DNA from: Eubacteriales bacterium | GTDB taxonomy: Bacteria > Bacillota > Clostridia > Oscillospirales > JAAYXM01 | Length of the DNA stretch: 64,000 nt | Direction of reading: 5' to 3' | Assembly (NCBI GenBank): GCA_045586595.1 | Contig: JAZNAQ010000026.1 | Span: 48,200-112,199, forward strand | In this document: positions 48,456 to 58,714 of the stretch, piece after piece | Layout of the letters: each line of letters starts with the position of its first letter | How positions within the stretch are numbered: the first letter of the stretch is position 1 | Position numbers and translations under genes: made by a program | The notes under the pieces: model-generated | Seen by the model: the letters and a program-made list of their open reading frames with translations, nothing else | What the model was told of the DNA's origin: nothing | Databases searched by the model: none

Positions 48456-50309
48456 ATGAGTTTATTGACGAAAATCAATAACCCGGACGATATAAAAAAT
48501 CTTTCCGTAAGCGAACTCAATAAGCTTGCTTGCGAAATTAGGGAATTTCTTATTCAGAATATTTCTAAAACAGGTGGGCATCTTGCTTCTAACCTGGGTA
48601 TTGTAGAACTTACGCTTGCCATACATAAGGTATTTGATACGTCATGCGACAGACTTGTTTTTGATGTAGGGCATCAGTCTTATGTTCATAAAATTCTTAC
48701 AGGCAGAAAAGGTGAGTTTGAGAATTTACGAAAATTCGGAGGGATATCAGGCTTTTCTCGTCCTTCTGAAAGTGTTCATGATGCATGCGTCTCGGGTCAC
48801 GCTTCTAATTCTGTATCCATATCACTTGGCATGGCGCGCGCACGAACATTAAATAAAGAAGACTATTCGGTAATATCGATAATAGGTGATGGTGCCTTTA
48901 CCGGCGGTATGGCATATGAGGGTTTATGTGATGCCGGACAAAGCGGAGAGCCGCTTATTGTTATTCTCAATGACAATGAAATGTCCATCACAAAAAATGT
49001 AGGCGCAATGACCGAGTATCTGTCAAAGCTTCGGCTCAAGCGCAAATATCTTCATTTCAAAGATGTTTACCGCAGAATAATAAAAAAGTCAAAACTCGGC
49101 ATAGCTCTTGATAACGGTATTCACGGAATAAAAAAAGCATTAAAAAATATGTTTATTCCATCATCGTTCTTTGAGGGCATGGGGTTTACTTATTTAGGTC
49201 CGGCAGACGGCCACAATATAAAATACATGATATATCTCCTCGAGCTTGCCCGTGATTTAAAACGCCCTGTTGTAATTCACCTTACTACTACAAAGGGCAA
49301 GGGTTATGAGCCCTCCGAAACACGTCCGCAAGACTATCACGGAGTAGGGAAGTTTGATATAGAAACCGGAGTTTCTAAAGCTTCAGCAAAAGAAACCTTT
49401 TCAAGTGTATTTGGCAGAGAGCTTACACAACTCGCCGAAAACGATAACAAAATATGTGCTATAACTGCGGCGATGACCTCGGGAGTCGGTCTTACGGAGT
49501 TTGCAGAGAAATATCCTGATAGGTTTTTTGATGTTGCTATTGCTGAAGAACACGCCGTTGCTATGGCTGCTGGCCTTTCTGCACAAGGAATGTTACCTGT
49601 GTGTGCAATCTATTCTACATTCCTACAACGAGCATATGATATGCTTATACACGATGTTGCAATTTCGGGGCAGCATATTGTTTTTGCAGTTGACCGCGCA
49701 GGCCTTGTAGGTGAAGACGGCGAAACCCATCACGGTGTATTTGATATCGCATACCTTTCTGATATACCCGGAATGAACATTCTTGCTCCTTCAAGTTTTT
49801 CTGAACTACGTTCTATGCTCAAGTTTGCCCTTTCTCTGAACGGCCCCGTAGCTGTTCGCTACCCAAGAGGAAAAGAGGGCAAGTTTACCGAGGATTCGTT
49901 TTTGAATGGGCAAAAAAGCGTACTTTTAACCGAAGGGCAGGATGTTACCGTTATTTCATACGGGGCTCTTATAAATAACGTAATTTCTGCCTGTGAACGC
50001 GCAAAAAAAGACGGAGTAATGTGTGACATTATCAAGCTTAACTCTATCACGCCTTTAGATACGCAAGCAATCATTTCATCTGTACAAAAGACCGGAAAGG
50101 TAATAATTGTTGAGGATGTTATACGCTCCGGTTCTGTGTTTGAGAAGGTGTCAGCTCTGCTTGCTGAGGGTGGTTTGCTGTGTAAAGTTATTGGTATTAA
50201 CAGCGGCGATACGTTCACGCCTCACGGAGAACAAGAGAAACTGTATGAATTTCTTCATATTGATGAAGACGGAATATACAATGCTATATTGGAGGCATAT
50301 AAAAATTGA
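48456..50309 (+). CDS. dxs: 1-deoxy-D-xylulose-5-phosphate synthase
   Basis: GGHLASNLG, DVGHQSY, GDGAFTGG..LNDNEM, IAEEHA, DRAGLVGEDGETHHG. Confidence 0.97.
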   Translation: MSLLTKINNPDDIKNLSVSELNKLACEIREFLIQNISKTGGHLASNLGIVELTLAIHKVFDTSCDRLVFDVGHQSYVHKILTGRKGEFENLRKFGGISGFSRPSESVHDACVSGHASNSVSISLGMARARTLNKEDYSVISIIGDGAFTGGMAYEGLCDAGQSGEPLIVILNDNEMSITKNVGAMTEYLSKLRLKRKYLHFKDVYRRIIKKSKLGIALDNGIHGIKKALKNMFIPSSFFEGMGFTYLGPADGHNIKYMIYLLELARDLKRPVVIHLTTTKGKGYEPSETRPQDYHGVGKFDIETGVSKASAKETFSSVFGRELTQLAENDNKICAITAAMTSGVGLTEFAEKYPDRFFDVAIAEEHAVAMAAGLSAQGMLPVCAIYSTFLQRAYDMLIHDVAISGQHIVFAVDRAGLVGEDGETHHGVFDIAYLSDIPGMNILAPSSFSELRSMLKFALSLNGPVAVRYPRGKEGKFTEDSFLNGQKSVLLTEGQDVTVISYGALINNVISACERAKKDGVMCDIIKLNSITPLDTQAIISSVQKTGKVIIVEDVIRSGSVFEKVSALLAEGGLLCKVIGINSGDTFTPHGEQEKLYEFLHIDEDGIYNAILEAYKN

Positions 50310-51109
50310 GCGAAAAAAAGCGTCTTGATGTAATTCTGGCTGAGCGCGGTCTTGTGCCCAGCCGTGAGAAAGCAAAAGCCATAATAATGAGCGGAAACGT
50401 TTTTATAAATGGGCAGAAGGTTGATAAAGCAGGGGAGTCCTTTCCCTCTGATATCGAAATTGAAGTTCGCGGAAACGATGATGCCTATGTAAGCCGGGGT
50501 GGATTGAAGCTTGAAAAAGCACTTGATTTCTTTTCAGCTGAGGTAGAAGGAAAAATTGCGATTGATGTAGGTGCATCTACCGGAGGCTTTTCTGATTGCT
50601 TGTTGCGCCGAGGGGTTAAAAAACTTTACTCTGTTGATGTAGGATACGGTCAACTTGCCTGGGAAATACGAAACAACCCAAAAGTTGTATGCATGGAACG
50701 AACAAATATACGCTATGTTACACATGAGCAGATTCCTGATATAATCGAGCTTGCGGTAATTGATGTATCGTTTATCTCTTTAAAAATAGTTCTTCCGGCA
50801 GTACGTGCTCTTATGGGAGATACCGGAAATGTATATTGCCTCATCAAACCCCAATTTGAGGCCGGACGCGACAAAGTAGGTAAAAAAGGCGTTGTACGCG
50901 ACCCTGAAGTTCATGAAGAGGTTATACGAAATTTTATAAAAAATGCAGAAGACGCGGGTTTTTCAGTATGCGGAGTGACTTTTTCTCCCATAACAGGCCC
51001 CGAAGGCAATATCGAGTTTCTGGGTAGCTTGTCTTGCGAAAAGCATAGCAGCTGTGAAGTTGACGTTGAAAAATTAGTAGAAGACGCACATAATTCGCTG
51101 AAAGGATAG
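50306..51109 (+). CDS. tlyA: TlyA family RNA methyltransferase
   Basis: S4 domain, YVSRGGLKL, GASTGGF, DVSFISL, LIKPQFE. Confidence 0.96.
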   Translation: MSEKKRLDVILAERGLVPSREKAKAIIMSGNVFINGQKVDKAGESFPSDIEIEVRGNDDAYVSRGGLKLEKALDFFSAEVEGKIAIDVGASTGGFSDCLLRRGVKKLYSVDVGYGQLAWEIRNNPKVVCMERTNIRYVTHEQIPDIIELAVIDVSFISLKIVLPAVRALMGDTGNVYCLIKPQFEAGRDKVGKKGVVRDPEVHEEVIRNFIKNAEDAGFSVCGVTFSPITGPEGNIEFLGSLSCEKHSSCEVDVEKLVEDAHNSLKG

Positions 51110-51116
51110 TCCTTGT

Positions 51117-51977
51117 ATGAAAAAGGTATTGTTAAACCCTAATCCATCACGCGACATAGGTCTTAAGTGCACAAAAGAGGTTGTAGCTTTCTTTAAGGAA
51201 AACGGCGTTGATACTTATATCTCTTCCGAAATTTGCGGAGCAGAGACCACAGGTGCAACACTCGCGGATTTTAATTCTGCCATTAAAGTCTGCGATATGA
51301 TAATTTCTTTTGGCGGCGACGGAACTCTATTACATACTGCAAATCAAGTCGCTCATCTGGGTATTCCTGTTCTGGGCATAAACATTGGTCGCATCGGATA
51401 TATGGCAGAACTTGAATCACACGAGATTAAATATTTAAAAAATGTTTTGGATGGCAATTTCAAAATTGAAGAACGCATGATGATTGATGTGTGCGTTCAT
51501 CGCAACGGTGAGGTTATTTACCGCAAAACAGGGCTAAATGATGCCGTTGTATTAAAAACCGGTATCCTTATGACCATTGACATGGATATTTATGCGGACA
51601 ATATGTTTATTTCGCGTTACAGCGGCGATGGCGTTATTGTTGCAACCCCAACCGGTTCAACGGCATATTCTTTGTCTGCCGGCGGACCTATAATCGACCC
51701 TATGTCAAAAAATATAACGATTACGCCTGTTTGTGCTCATGCTCTGACGGCAAAACCTATAGTACTCTCATATAAACGAGTTATCAATATAGTTCCTCAG
51801 AACAGACAAAATGCAGCAATAGCAGTAAGTGTAGACGGTGATGATGGGGTTGAACTCATGCATGGCGACAGCCTTACAATAAAAACGTCCGAAAGAGTAA
51901 CTCGCCTTATCCATGTTAAAAAAACAAACTTTTATGATGTTCTGTATACAAAGCTTTCAGATAGGAGATTTGATTAA
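51117..51977 (+). CDS. nadK: NAD kinase
   Basis: GGDGT, GINIGRIGY, ND, TPTGSTAYSLSAGGP. Confidence 0.96.
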   Translation: MKKVLLNPNPSRDIGLKCTKEVVAFFKENGVDTYISSEICGAETTGATLADFNSAIKVCDMIISFGGDGTLLHTANQVAHLGIPVLGINIGRIGYMAELESHEIKYLKNVLDGNFKIEERMMIDVCVHRNGEVIYRKTGLNDAVVLKTGILMTIDMDIYADNMFISRYSGDGVIVATPTGSTAYSLSAGGPIIDPMSKNITITPVCAHALTAKPIVLSYKRVINIVPQNRQNAAIAVSVDGDDGVELMHGDSLTIKTSERVTRLIHVKKTNFYDVLYTKLSDRRFD

Positions 51978-52430
51978 ATGAAATCCAAAAGACAATCAAC
52001 ACTTTTAAAATTAATTGAAATGTATGATATCTCCACTCAGTCGGAGCTTACTGAATATTTGAACAAAGAAGGGTTTAATGCTACCCAGGCAACGGTATCA
52101 CGAGATATAAAGGACTTAAGGCTTGTAAAAGCCGTCGGTGCAAACGGTAAGAGCAAATATGCAGTATCGCATTCTGCCACTGATTCAGGCTTTTCCGAGA
52201 AACTCCTTGCAATCTTCCGAGAGAGTGTTTTATCATACGACAACGCACAGAATATTGTGGTTTTAAAAACCATGCCCGGGCTTGCATCTGCTGCATGCTC
52301 TGCCATTGATTCAATGCAGTCGTCAGATATTGTAGGGACACTCGCCGGTGATGATACCGCGTTCCTTGTAATGCACACTGCAGAGTCTGCAAGTGATTTC
52401 TGTGAAAGTTTAGGTAAAATGCTCTCATAA
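51978..52430 (+). CDS. argR: Arginine repressor
   Basis: TQATVSRDIK, GTLAGDDT. Confidence 0.96.
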   Translation: MKSKRQSTLLKLIEMYDISTQSELTEYLNKEGFNATQATVSRDIKDLRLVKAVGANGKSKYAVSHSATDSGFSEKLLAIFRESVLSYDNAQNIVVLKTMPGLASAACSAIDSMQSSDIVGTLAGDDTAFLVMHTAESASDFCESLGKMLS

Positions 52431-52448
52431 TCAAATGAGGTGGTCTTT

Positions 52449-54161
52449 ATGCTAAAGCTTCTTCATATTGAGAATATTGCCGTTATTGAAAGTTGTGATA
52501 TTGAGTTTCAAAAAGGCTTCAATGTTCTTACGGGCGAAACCGGCGCGGGTAAGTCTATTATAATAGACGCTATCGGCGCTGTTTTGGGCTATCGTACAAC
52601 ACGCGATATAGTGAGAAGCGGAGCTCAAAAAGCGTCTGTAAGCGCTGTTTTTGATGGTTGCAGTGATGAAGCACTTGCTTGGCTTTGTGATAACGGTTAT
52701 AGTAGCACTGACAACGATGAAGTAATAATTACACGCGAAATATCCGTTGACGGAAAAAGCTCTGCAAGAATTAACGGAAAACCAATCACTGCCGCCTTAT
52801 TAAAATCTTTTGGCATACTTCTGATAAATATTTTAGGTCAGCATGATAGCCAGCAATTATTAGACCCCGAGTCGCACCCTATGTTTATTGACAGGTTTGC
52901 CGCAAGCGATGAATACAATTCTTGCATATCCGAGTACCGCGAGGTTTTTAGCGAGCTTTCTGAAAAAAAGTCAGAGCGCAAAAAACTTGATATTGACGAA
53001 ACTGCAAAGGCTCGTCAGGTAGAGATGCTCAAATTTCAGATAGAAGAACTTGAAGGTGCAGATTTAAAAGAAAATGAAGACGATGAGCTGCACGAGAAGC
53101 AGAGAATAATCCGTGAAAGCGCAAAGATTATTGAGCGTATTTCAGAAGCGCATAGTGCATTTTCAGGCGAGGATGAATTTCCCGGAATATGCTCTGCACT
53201 GGCGACTGCCTCGAAGGCACTCTCTGCAATTTCAGACCTTTCAGAGCAACTTACAACCATTTCAAATACGGTTTCCGAGCTTTACTATTCTGCAGATGAT
53301 ATTGCAACAGAGCTTCGTAACTCGCTTGACAGCCTCGACTTTTCTGACGAGGACGCAAATCAAGTAGAGGCGAGACTTGATACCATACATAAACTGAAAA
53401 GAAAATACGGAAACTCTGTTTCCGAGATGCTTGACTATCTTGAAAATATAAAAAATGAGCTTTCTGAGATTGAGTTTTCTGACGAGCGTATTCTTGTTTT
53501 GGATTCTGAAATAAGCCATTTGCAGGATAGGGCATATGCGCTCGCAAATCGGCTGTTTGAACTTCGCAAATCGGCTGCGATAAAGTTTGAAGCTAACATT
53601 ATGCGTGAGCTTTCTGAGCTTGATATGAAAAATGCGAAGTTTGTAGCACAAATAACCCGTACCGACGAACTCACCGACAGAGGCTCTGATACTGTTGAAT
53701 TTCTGCTTGCAGCAAACCTCGGAGAGCCAGAAAAACCTATCGAGAAAATTGCATCAGGCGGAGAGCTTTCAAGAGTCATGCTTGCTATGAAAAATGCTCT
53801 TGACGAGAATGATTATGTCAACACCCTCATATTTGATGAAATTGATACAGGTGTAAGTGGTCGTGCTGCCCAAAGAATAGCTGATAAACTTTATAAACTG
53901 TCGGTTAAAAAACAGGTTCTTTGTGTAACGCATCTTGCACAGATTTCGTCAATGTCAGATATTCACTTTAAGATTGAGAAAACCGAACGCGACGGACGGA
54001 CGTTTACAAACGTAACGGCCCTTGATAAAAAGGGCAGAGCACAAGAGCTTGCAAGAATAATCGGTGGCACTTCGATAAGCGAGACAACGCTCAGGAATGC
54101 CGAGGAAATGCTTGACCTTGCAGACGCGCAAAAAGAAAACATAAAACAAAGCAGACACTGA
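52449..54161 (+). CDS. recN: DNA repair protein RecN
   Basis: TGETGAGKS, ASGGELSR, FDEIDTGVSG, VTHLAQ. Confidence 0.97.
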   Translation: MLKLLHIENIAVIESCDIEFQKGFNVLTGETGAGKSIIIDAIGAVLGYRTTRDIVRSGAQKASVSAVFDGCSDEALAWLCDNGYSSTDNDEVIITREISVDGKSSARINGKPITAALLKSFGILLINILGQHDSQQLLDPESHPMFIDRFAASDEYNSCISEYREVFSELSEKKSERKKLDIDETAKARQVEMLKFQIEELEGADLKENEDDELHEKQRIIRESAKIIERISEAHSAFSGEDEFPGICSALATASKALSAISDLSEQLTTISNTVSELYYSADDIATELRNSLDSLDFSDEDANQVEARLDTIHKLKRKYGNSVSEMLDYLENIKNELSEIEFSDERILVLDSEISHLQDRAYALANRLFELRKSAAIKFEANIMRELSELDMKNAKFVAQITRTDELTDRGSDTVEFLLAANLGEPEKPIEKIASGGELSRVMLAMKNALDENDYVNTLIFDEIDTGVSGRAAQRIADKLYKLSVKKQVLCVTHLAQISSMSDIHFKIEKTERDGRTFTNVTALDKKGRAQELARIIGGTSISETTLRNAEEMLDLADAQKENIKQSRH

Positions 54162-54178
54162 CGTGTCTGCTTTGTTTT
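54143..54178. terminator. Bidirectional terminator recN/rsmA
   Basis: AAAACAAAGCAGACAC-TGAC-GTGTCTGCTTTGTTTT. Confidence 0.88.
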
Positions 54179-54182
54179 TTAG

Positions 54183-55046
54183 TCATTTGTAATACGACAA
54201 TATCATATCAGAAATGTTACTGAAATCCTGTATTGTGAGTTCTTCACCACGCACTGTAGCTTTATGCCCCAGCGCCGCCAGAATATCAGCTATCTGCTCT
54301 TTTGACATGATTGATTTAAATTCTGAAAACAAACTGTTTATAAGCTGTTTTCTGCGCTGAGCAAACGATGCCTTAACAACCTTAAAAAATAACTTTTCAG
54401 ACTTTGGCGATACAGGAGGTTTTTCTCGAATATTCAGCCTAACGACTGCTGACTGTACTTTAGGTTGAGGAACAAAGCATTCTTTATCAACAACAAACAA
54501 AAGTTCAGGCTCAGTATAGTACTGTACATATACCGAAAATGCGCCATAGTCCGAAGTTCCGGCATTTGCGCATATCCTGTAAGCAACTTCTTTTTGTATC
54601 ATAGTAGTTATGGAAGAAAAGAGCTTTGATTCAATAAGATATGAAATTATCGGTGTTGTGATATAGTAGGGGAGATTTGCACAAACTTTTGGTTTTTCTC
54701 CGCTAAATTCACTCTTAACCAAGTTTGCGAGGTCGCACTTCATTATGTCCTCATTAACAACCTTAATATTGTCAAACGAAGCCAGAGTTTCATCCAGAAC
54801 CGGAAGCAGTGCCCTGTCAATCTCTACAGTTACAACTTTTTTTGCACTGTAAGCAAGCTCACTCGTAAGGCTACCTATACCGGGGCCAACTTCAAGGACA
54901 TAATCCTCATGCCCAATTTGCGAATATTCAACTATTTTTTCGCAGACTGTACGCTCTGTGAGAAAGTTCTGGCCAAGCGATTTTGAAAACTTAAACCCGT
55001 GCCGACCAAGTATTTCGTGTATGCTTTTAACAGAAAATAAATCCAT
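54183..55046 (-). CDS. rsmA: 16S rRNA dimethyladenosine transferase
   Basis: KSLGQNFL, EVGPGIG, ANLPYYITT, FAQRRK; ATG 55046 after GAGGT. Confidence 0.96.
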   Translation of the reverse strand: MDLFSVKSIHEILGRHGFKFSKSLGQNFLTERTVCEKIVEYSQIGHEDYVLEVGPGIGSLTSELAYSAKKVVTVEIDRALLPVLDETLASFDNIKVVNEDIMKCDLANLVKSEFSGEKPKVCANLPYYITTPIISYLIESKLFSSITTMIQKEVAYRICANAGTSDYGAFSVYVQYYTEPELLFVVDKECFVPQPKVQSAVVRLNIREKPPVSPKSEKLFFKVVKASFAQRRKQLINSLFSEFKSIMSKEQIADILAALGHKATVRGEELTIQDFSNISDMILSYYK

Positions 55047-55146
55047 ATTTACCTCACATAAGTTTTCTCGTGCTTTATTATACACTCTTTTTTTATAATT
55101 CGCAATACAAGAAAAGCGGGAGTCATAAACGACCCCGCTTAAAGTT

Positions 55147-56184
55147 TTATTTCAAAACATATACAGTTGCTTTTCGTCTCCCGAAGCTTATACATTCATT
55201 ATAGGTATTAAAGAACAAGTCAATTTTATTACCACGAACTCCTGTATCGGCCGCCACAGCGGTGCCGTAACACCAACTTTTTCCGTCTGCAGAAAGAATA
55301 TACAACTTAGAACCAAGAGGGATGACTCTCGGGTCAACTGCAACAAGGCCGACTCTGGCAACCTTTCCGGTTGCGGTTATCTTATCTGATGTTCGCTCCG
55401 TAGTATACGCAGTTGCAGTCATGCTGATTTTCTTTTTATAGTTAAGCTTTGAGCCTGACCATGTAGTAACGACACCCGAGGTATCAACAGCCTTTGTTCC
55501 ATATTCAATAATTTGCGTCGTAGGCTCTTTAATTTTTGTTTCGCTGACGGTTTTTCGGCTCACCTCTTTATTGTTTTGAAGCTCTACGTCATAAACAACC
55601 TTTTTAGAACCTTTCACACCGTTTTGAACTGTCTTTGATGTTCCTTTATTCATGGATGATGAGGCACGCTTTTCGGTCGCAAACGGTATTTCCTGATATT
55701 CCTCAAGCGTTTTATGAGAAACTCTGATAATTTCAACTTCCATGCCATCTTCTATTAAAGTTGTTTCAGGTATCGACACTATATCCTCAGAGGAAAGCTC
55801 TATATTGTTTTCGGCCAGAAGTTCAGAAACAGTTGTTGCTTTTTCTGAATAAAGCACTGTGGTTGTATCAGCTATTTTTACACTAACCTTTTTCTTGGGA
55901 TAAATATAAATTTTTGCAACACCGTGTTCGGGCTTCTCAGGCATATCCGCATATTCAGTTTCATCTATTGTAATTCCCATTTCTGCGAGAGCTTCTGAGG
56001 TTTTGTTTGTGTTACTGTTAAAAACAGTAACAGCCTCACCCTCATATACAACAAAGGTATTTGTAGAGGATAGGGACGCCGCGATGCATAAAAATGCTAT
56101 TGCTAACATTAAAGGAACGACAACAACTCTGCGTGAAGCAACAGCGAGTATAACGCGTCTTACTTTCTGTAGCTTTTCTGACAT
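55147..56184 (-). CDS. G5 and 3D domain cell-wall protein (YabE-like)
   Basis: TM, DUF348-like repeats, G5 (IIEYGT), 3D domain (ATAYT, VAVDPRVIPLGS, ADTG, IDLF); ATG after AAAGGAGG. Confidence 0.88.
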   Translation of the reverse strand: MSEKLQKVRRVILAVASRRVVVVPLMLAIAFLCIAASLSSTNTFVVYEGEAVTVFNSNTNKTSEALAEMGITIDETEYADMPEKPEHGVAKIYIYPKKKVSVKIADTTTVLYSEKATTVSELLAENNIELSSEDIVSIPETTLIEDGMEVEIIRVSHKTLEEYQEIPFATEKRASSSMNKGTSKTVQNGVKGSKKVVYDVELQNNKEVSRKTVSETKIKEPTTQIIEYGTKAVDTSGVVTTWSGSKLNYKKKISMTATAYTTERTSDKITATGKVARVGLVAVDPRVIPLGSKLYILSADGKSWCYGTAVAADTGVRGNKIDLFFNTYNECISFGRRKATVYVLK

Positions 56185-56397
56185 AACTGCCTCCTTTCGA
56201 ATGTGTGAACAAGCTATTTGAATTATATGAAAGACATATTTTTTTATTACAAAATTTCTCCAAAAAAGTATCACACATTGTTTCTATTGTAACTTATTGT
56301 AACCTTTTTGTCAAGCCTTTATTCACAATATGTACTGATTTCGGTTGTTTTGGGAATAAAACCAAATTAAATCAAGATAAAAAATAACTAAAAAAAT

Positions 56398-56419
56398 AAA
56401 ACCTCCATACGGAGGTTTT
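56398..56419 (-). terminator. Terminator after cca
   Basis: AAAACCTCC-ATAC-GGAGGTTTT with A-run on the + strand. Confidence 0.7.
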
Positions 56420-57608
56420 AAATCAGCTTTGAAATATATTTAATAAGTTCAGCCTTTTCGTTGAGACACTTATTATAAATAACTGCTTCAAGCGCTAAGC
56501 TTAGCAACTTTTTAATCTCTTTTCCCGGAGAAACTCCAAGATCCATTATATCCGAGCCGTTTAATTCAAGATTCGAAAGTGTTATAACCGGCGTTTTCTC
56601 AATTCTGTTTTTTATACTCTCAACCTGAACGGTCGTATATTGCTTTACTGTAAATATAAACTCTGCAAGAAGTATTGCACGCTCTCTGCCAAAATCTGAT
56701 AACATTTTTCTTAGTAAAACTGAATCTTCTGTCAAGATTATCTCTTTATTTTTCAACAAAAAGCATACGTTCTCAATGGTTTTATTATCTGACTTCAAGT
56801 TCTTGAGTACAGAATAAACCACTTTGCTATCTGCATTATAAAAAAGCAACGCTAGCCTTGTAGAAACATCTTGCGGCGCATTTTCGAGCTTTTTTACATT
56901 TTCCTCGGAAATATCGAGTTTAAAAATTTTTTCAAATACAGTTATAAATTCGCTGATAACTTCTGCAGCAAAATCTCCGCATACAAGCTGTTTGAGCTCG
57001 TTAAAAATCCGTTCTCTCGCCACATACTCAATTAAATCAGAGCAGGAGAATATTGCATCCTTTGTATTTTTTTCTATTTGAAAACCTAAACATGCAGAAA
57101 ATCTGAGTGCGCGAATTATTCTCAGCGCATCCTCGTTAAATCGTTTTTTTGCATCGCCTACACAACGCAGTATTTTGGAGTTTAAATCAGATTCTCCTCC
57201 AAACAGGTCAATAAGGCCCGAAGCAGGGGAATAGGCCATTGCATTTACCGTAAAATCACGTCGCGACAGGTCTGACTTAATATCACTTGTAAAGGAAACA
57301 GAGTCAGGACGACGATGGTCAGTATAGTTACCGTCACTCCTGAATGTTGTTATCTCGCAAATACAGCCGTTTTTTACAGCCGTAACAGTGCCATGCTTAA
57401 TTCCGGTCTCAATTACATTATATCCCTCCAAAACGCCCTTTACAGCTTCAGGGAGAGCTGATGTGCATACATCCCAGTCATTTGCGTTAATACCAAGAAG
57501 CGCATCTCTTACACACCCGCCGACTATATATGCTTCAAACCCTACATTTTGCAGACGCTCAATTATATCGTTAATATGCTCAGGAATATTAATGTCAATC
57601 CTTTTCAT
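56418..57608 (-). CDS. cca: CCA tRNA nucleotidyltransferase
   Basis: VGGCVRD, DWD, EITTFR, DLSRRDFTVNA, EDALRIIRALRF. Confidence 0.9.
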   Translation of the reverse strand: MKRIDINIPEHINDIIERLQNVGFEAYIVGGCVRDALLGINANDWDVCTSALPEAVKGVLEGYNVIETGIKHGTVTAVKNGCICEITTFRSDGNYTDHRRPDSVSFTSDIKSDLSRRDFTVNAMAYSPASGLIDLFGGESDLNSKILRCVGDAKKRFNEDALRIIRALRFSACLGFQIEKNTKDAIFSCSDLIEYVARERIFNELKQLVCGDFAAEVISEFITVFEKIFKLDISEENVKKLENAPQDVSTRLALLFYNADSKVVYSVLKNLKSDNKTIENVCFLLKNKEIILTEDSVLLRKMLSDFGRERAILLAEFIFTVKQYTTVQVESIKNRIEKTPVITLSNLELNGSDIMDLGVSPGKEIKKLLSLALEAVIYNKCLNEKAELIKYISKLI

Positions 57609-57634
57609 TGTATCACCCGAAAATAAAGTATATC

Positions 57635-57669
57635 AAAAAAACGGATTGCCGCAAATCGACAATCCGTTT
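57635..57669 (-). terminator. Terminator after the TIGR04086-like gene
   Basis: AAACGGATTG/CAATCCGTTT stem with A-run on the + strand. Confidence 0.7.
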
Positions 57670-57683
57670 CAGATTAAACAAAG

Positions 57684-58088
57684 TCAGTGTCTGCGGCGCT
57701 TGAATAAAGCGGCGATTATTGCACCCAAAAAAGCTCCCAAAAAGCAGGATAGGGGAATAGCCGGCGTCATTTCACCCGGAACCATGCGTGTAAACAGTAC
57801 CGCACCTACAACATATAAGGTCACAAAATAAAGTATACCTTGAGACAGTGAAGTGATAAGGTTCTTTCCAAACTTTTTTGCCGAGAGAACGCTTGCAGTA
57901 CACGCACCTATAAAAGCAGATATACATGATAATATGCCGATGCTTGATGCTGGAAGCTTTTCTCCCGATATCAGTAGGGAAAAGACAAACGACAAAACAA
58001 GACACACTATTATACCTATCATGCAATGTAACAAAAAGGCAAGCGGAGCAATTTTCTTTGTTTTTAAAGATTCGTCATTTTTTCGCAT
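57684..58088 (-). CDS. TIGR04086-like small membrane protein
   Basis: Four hydrophobic helices, downstream of yajC as is usual in Clostridia; RBS GGAGGTG. Confidence 0.65.
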   Translation of the reverse strand: MRKNDESLKTKKIAPLAFLLHCMIGIIVCLVLSFVFSLLISGEKLPASSIGILSCISAFIGACTASVLSAKKFGKNLITSLSQGILYFVTLYVVGAVLFTRMVPGEMTPAIPLSCFLGAFLGAIIAALFKRRRH

Positions 58089-58155
58089 TTATTCCACCTC
58101 CGAAAAGATACGTTAAATATCTATTCAAAAGGTATAAGAATAATGCATGTAAAGA

Positions 58156-58590
58156 TTAAACTTCTTCGCTGACTTCTTTTTTCTTATCTACCGAGCTGAT
58201 AGCCCACTTTTTAAGGCGAAGCTTATTTTTATCATTGCTTGTTTCTATTGTGAGCTCGTCATCTTTTACATTTGTGATACGGCCAACAATTCCGCCTATA
58301 GTTGTAATCTCATCGCCAACCTTTAAGTTGTCGCGCATATTAGCGGTTTCTTTCTTTCTCTTATTCTCAGGTCTGATGAGAACGAAGTAGAAAACAAGAA
58401 TTATAATGATTATCGGAAGCATTCCGCTATTGAGAAGCCCGGCATACCAAGGAAGGGGCTCACCAGTCTCTGTTACTGCGGCAGCAGCATCTGCAACAGA
58501 AGCTGCATCACCTGTTGCAAAAGCAAAAGTAACAAGAGATATTGCAACAAGAATAAGTGTAAGAATTGATAATAAATGTTTTTTGTTCAT
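58156..58590 (-). CDS. yajC: Preprotein translocase subunit YajC (N-terminally extended)
   Basis: FYFVLIRPENKRKK, LKVGDEITTIGGIVG, KWAI. Confidence 0.93.
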   Translation of the reverse strand: MNKKHLLSILTLILVAISLVTFAFATGDAASVADAAAAVTETGEPLPWYAGLLNSGMLPIIIIILVFYFVLIRPENKRKKETANMRDNLKVGDEITTIGGIVGRITNVKDDELTIETSNDKNKLRLKKWAISSVDKKKEVSEEV

Positions 58591-58714
58591 TGGGGTTTAC
58601 ATCCTCTCAAATGTCATTTTTGCATTGCTGTTTTCAACAATACAAATATAGTGTACTAAATTTTAGGTAAAAATGCAATAGTGCCAAATAAAATTTACAT
58701 TTTAGATGTTTTTG

